NCBI GenBank assembly: GCA_900756605.1
Contig: CAAEKX010000290.1
Coordinates: forward strand, 1 to 29,600
Length of the DNA: 29,600 nt
Source: Coriobacteriia bacterium
Lineage (GTDB): Bacteria; Actinomycetota; Coriobacteriia; Coriobacteriales; QAMH01
Direction of reading: 5' to 3'
A program made the position numbers and the translations under genes. Of the stretch, positions 27,222-29,600 are shown piece by piece (within the stretch, counting starts at the first letter, position 1; the number at the start of each line of letters is the position of its first letter). Under the pieces are notes generated by a model. It ran no database searches and had not been told where the DNA came from. It saw only the letters and a program-made list of their open reading frames with translations.

Positions 27222-28076
27222 TCATTTATGAGACAGCATGCCAGGCACGCTGTCTCCTGCGTATGCAATAAGGAGTCGCGAAAGCTTCTCGACCGCTGCC
27301 TCGGCCGCAACGTACACATCATCGATGCTCACCGGCTCGTCGAGCACGCCCGCGGCGGCGTTCGAGATCATCGAGATGCCGAGCACCTCCATGCCGCACG
27401 CACGTGCGACAATAACCTCGAACACCGTCGACATGCCCACCGCGTCGGCTCCCAAGGTGCGAAACGCCCGGATCTCAGCCGGCGTCTCGAAAGACGGCCC
27501 CAAGGTCGCGATGTAGACGCCGCTCTTCAGCTCAATTTCACAGGATGCTGCAGCTTTTTGCGCACGCTCGCGCAAGGCGGGTGAATACGCCTGGGTCATA
27601 TCATAGAAGCGGGGGAAGAGCTCCGGCTCGTCCGGTGCGGCAAGGGGGTTGGCCCCCAAAAGGTTGATGTGATCCTCGATAAGCATGAGATCGCCCACGT
27701 CAAAGCTGGTGTTAATGCCACCGGCGGCGTTCGTCACCACAAGCTCCGTGACGCCCAGCCCGTGCATGAGACAGATGGGAAACGCGATCTGCTGGGGCGA
27801 GTTTCCCTCGTAGGCATGCAACCTCCCCTGCATGCAGATGACCGGGCGACCGGCGAGCGTGCCGATGACGAAGCGGCCCGCATGCGACGGCGCCGTTGAC
27901 GACACCATGTGCGGAATCTCGACATAATCAACGTAAGCGGCATCCTCGATGGCATCGACCAGCTCGCCCAAACCGCTCCCGAGAACAAGGCCAAGGGCCC
28001 CATCCTCGACAGGCGCATGCGCGCGCACAAACGCGACGGCCTCGTCCACGTTGGCCTTCGTGATGATGTGCTCCAT
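27222..28076 (-). CDS. punA: Purine-nucleoside phosphorylase (trimeric PunA/XapA type)
   Basis: GLVLGSGLG, MQGRLHAYEG, VTNAAGG, GPSFETPAE, GADAVGMSTVFE; ATG at 28076 after AAGGAG. Confidence 0.9.
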   Translation of the reverse strand: MEHIITKANVDEAVAFVRAHAPVEDGALGLVLGSGLGELVDAIEDAAYVDYVEIPHMVSSTAPSHAGRFVIGTLAGRPVICMQGRLHAYEGNSPQQIAFPICLMHGLGVTELVVTNAAGGINTSFDVGDLMLIEDHINLLGANPLAAPDEPELFPRFYDMTQAYSPALRERAQKAAASCEIELKSGVYIATLGPSFETPAEIRAFRTLGADAVGMSTVFEVIVARACGMEVLGISMISNAAAGVLDEPVSIDDVYVAAEAAVEKLSRLLIAYAGDSVPGMLSHK

Positions 28077-28095
28077 GACGTCTCCTTCCCGTCTC

Positions 28096-28131
28096 AAAAC
28101 AAAAGGGCCCGCTCAGCAACGTGGCGGACCC
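28096..28131 (-). terminator. Intrinsic terminator downstream of tRNA-Glu
   Basis: Minus strand GGGTCCGC-loop-GCGGGCCC followed by TTTTGTTTT. Confidence 0.7.
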
Positions 28132-28141
28132 GTACATGTGA

Positions 28142-28217
28142 TGGCGCCCCCAGCGGGATTCGAACCCGCGATCTTCGGCTTGAAGGGCCGACGTCCTAAC
28201 CGCTAGACGATGGGGAC
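28142..28217 (-). tRNA. tRNA-Glu(UUC), 76 nt with encoded CCA
   Basis: Cloverleaf: GTCCCCA/TGGGGGC acceptor, GTCT/GGAC D-stem, TCGGC-CCTTCAA-GCCGA anticodon arm, GCGGG-TTCGAAT-CCCGC T-arm, G73, CCA. Confidence 0.93.
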
Positions 28218-28231
28218 AAAACAGTTCGGTC

Positions 28232-28259
28232 ATTATGCCATAAAACCGCCGATTGGCAA
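28232..28259 (-). promoter_or_regulatory. Sigma70-type promoter of tRNA-Glu
   Basis: TTGCCA-N16-CATAAT with TGn extension, ending 14 nt upstream of the tRNA. Confidence 0.65.
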
Positions 28260-28327
28260 GCGAGATTGGTATGCCAGACCTCTGACCTGCGCAATGAGAC
28301 AACTACTCAGAGCAACTGTCTTATCCG

Positions 28328-29146
28328 CTACTTATCCCACGCGAGAAACGCCCACGAGGTCACGCGCTGGTGGTCGTACTCCCAGCACGTCTCGCCATCG
28401 GCCGTACGCTGCTCGCGCAGGTGTTGCCTCGAGTAGCTGACCAGGCGCCCACGCTCCTCATCCGTCAATTTCATGAGCGCGACGTTCTTCTCGATGGCCG
28501 CATCAAAGCTCTCGAACTGGTCTGTGCGCACACTATCTATATATGACAGGTCCGGGTGTATACCCATGCCCCAGAGCATGTTGAAGGCAAAGACGCAGTC
28601 GGGATAGCGCGGCAGCTCACGTCCCGCCGCCTCGAGCAACACGTGGTCGACGCGCGGTGAAAGCCCTGTCGTGAGCGTGATGCACACGCGTCTGCGAGCC
28701 CGGGCGTCGAGCTTGGCGAGCGACGCCTGCATGTCGGCCGTTGCAATCGAACGCGACGCGAGCGCGACATCGCAAACGGGAGCCCCGGCACTATTCCAGT
28801 CATCATCCCAGGCCAGCAGCATGGGATGTATGTGCTCGGCTATGCCCTCCGCAAACGCCGCCTCCATGAGGGCATCGAGCATACCCTGCGAGAAATCGCA
28901 GGCGTAGACCTCGTGCCCCGCGCGTGCGAGCGGCAGCGCAAGCGTTCCCGACCCGCAGCCCATATCGAGCACGGTCTCGCCGCCCCTGATGGCAGCACGC
29001 TCGAGAAAGGCCGTCGCATAGGGGCTCGTACCGCAGGTTTTGGCGAAACCCTTCGCCCGCTCGTTCCACATGTCCGCGTTATCGGGGTTGTTCCGGCGCA
29101 ACTGCTCTTCCTTCCAAGCAGCAGCCCAGTCAATGTCGATCGTCAT
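28328..29146 (-). CDS. Class I SAM-dependent methyltransferase
   Basis: Motif I VLDMGCGSGTL, VYACDFSQGML; ATGA overlap with the upstream gene. Confidence 0.85.
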   Translation of the reverse strand: MTIDIDWAAAWKEEQLRRNNPDNADMWNERAKGFAKTCGTSPYATAFLERAAIRGGETVLDMGCGSGTLALPLARAGHEVYACDFSQGMLDALMEAAFAEGIAEHIHPMLLAWDDDWNSAGAPVCDVALASRSIATADMQASLAKLDARARRRVCITLTTGLSPRVDHVLLEAAGRELPRYPDCVFAFNMLWGMGIHPDLSYIDSVRTDQFESFDAAIEKNVALMKLTDEERGRLVSYSRQHLREQRTADGETCWEYDHQRVTSWAFLAWDK

Positions 29147-29600
29147 GCCCGCTCCTGGTTCTCTGCCTCATCGGCCACGGCCTCGTCGTCCGTATTCGCG
29201 CCCTCGACGCGCTCAGGCACCTCGGCCTCCGTCTCCGCGTTCTGCGCAGCAGCATCCTCGGGGACTTCGTCAGCCGGGGGCTCTGGCTTCTCCTTGCGCT
29301 TCTTCTTCGCCGCGGCCTTCGCCTCGCGCTTGGCCTGCTTCTCGGCAGCCATATCGACCTCGAAAGGCATGGGTGCCGAAGGGGATCGCCAGGTTTCCGG
29401 CTTGAACTGCTCCATCCAATAACCGAGGGAGCGCATGTAGAGCGCCGAGATGAACGCACTCACGAGCGCACCGGCAACCCACACGATGAGCGCCACCACA
29501 ATCGTGACCACGCCAAGCAGCGCGAGCGGGACGAGGTCGGTACCGAGCACCGTCGTCGTGGCCACCGAAGCGATGACGTTGATGAAGGGGATGGTCGGCA
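29143..29600 (-). CDS. 5'-partial membrane protein (possibly DUF4013-like) with a charged C-terminal tail
   Basis: Frame is open to the right edge. Long hydrophobic helices, then RSLGYWMEQF...W and a Lys/Glu/Ala-rich tail. The family call is tentative. Confidence 0.6.
   Translation of the reverse strand, partial: PTIPFINVIASVATTTVLGTDLVPLALLGVVTIVVALIVWVAGALVSAFISALYMRSLGYWMEQFKPETWRSPSAPMPFEVDMAAEKQAKREAKAAAKKKRKEKPEPPADEVPEDAAAQNAETEAEVPERVEGANTDDEAVADEAENQERA

Noticed and set aside
28100..28217. tRNA as an integration site for an island
   Set aside because: No integrase and no duplicated tRNA 3' end seen; the flanks are housekeeping genes.

Overview
High-GC bacterial chromosomal window, most likely Actinomycetota/Coriobacteriia (inferred from a MenK-type radical SAM gene, a PafB/PafC-like pair and leaderless-type promoter geometry). 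The left 18 kb is one uninterrupted minus-strand ORF (17941 down past position 1, at least 5,980 codons). It is missing from the ORF track because its stop lies outside the window. It encodes a giant Sec-exported surface protein of about 21 tandem modules, each with BspA/DUF285-type LRR-like repeats. Three lower-GC domains (CUB-like, CBM/jelly-roll-like, beta-trefoil-like) are inserted into the modules, two of them at the same loop. A 1.65 kb non-coding region follows, with a TTTATC-N9-GATAAA operator-like array, REP-like remnants and hairpins. The right 10 kb holds pafB/pafC-like WYL regulators, menK-like, a hypothetical membrane protein, a DnaQ-DinG fusion with a PafBC-like leaderless promoter, a DUF151 nuclease, purine nucleoside phosphorylase, a tRNA-Glu(UUC) with atypical C33, a SAM methyltransferase and a partial membrane protein. 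All domain calls are by eye from manual translation; no searches were run.
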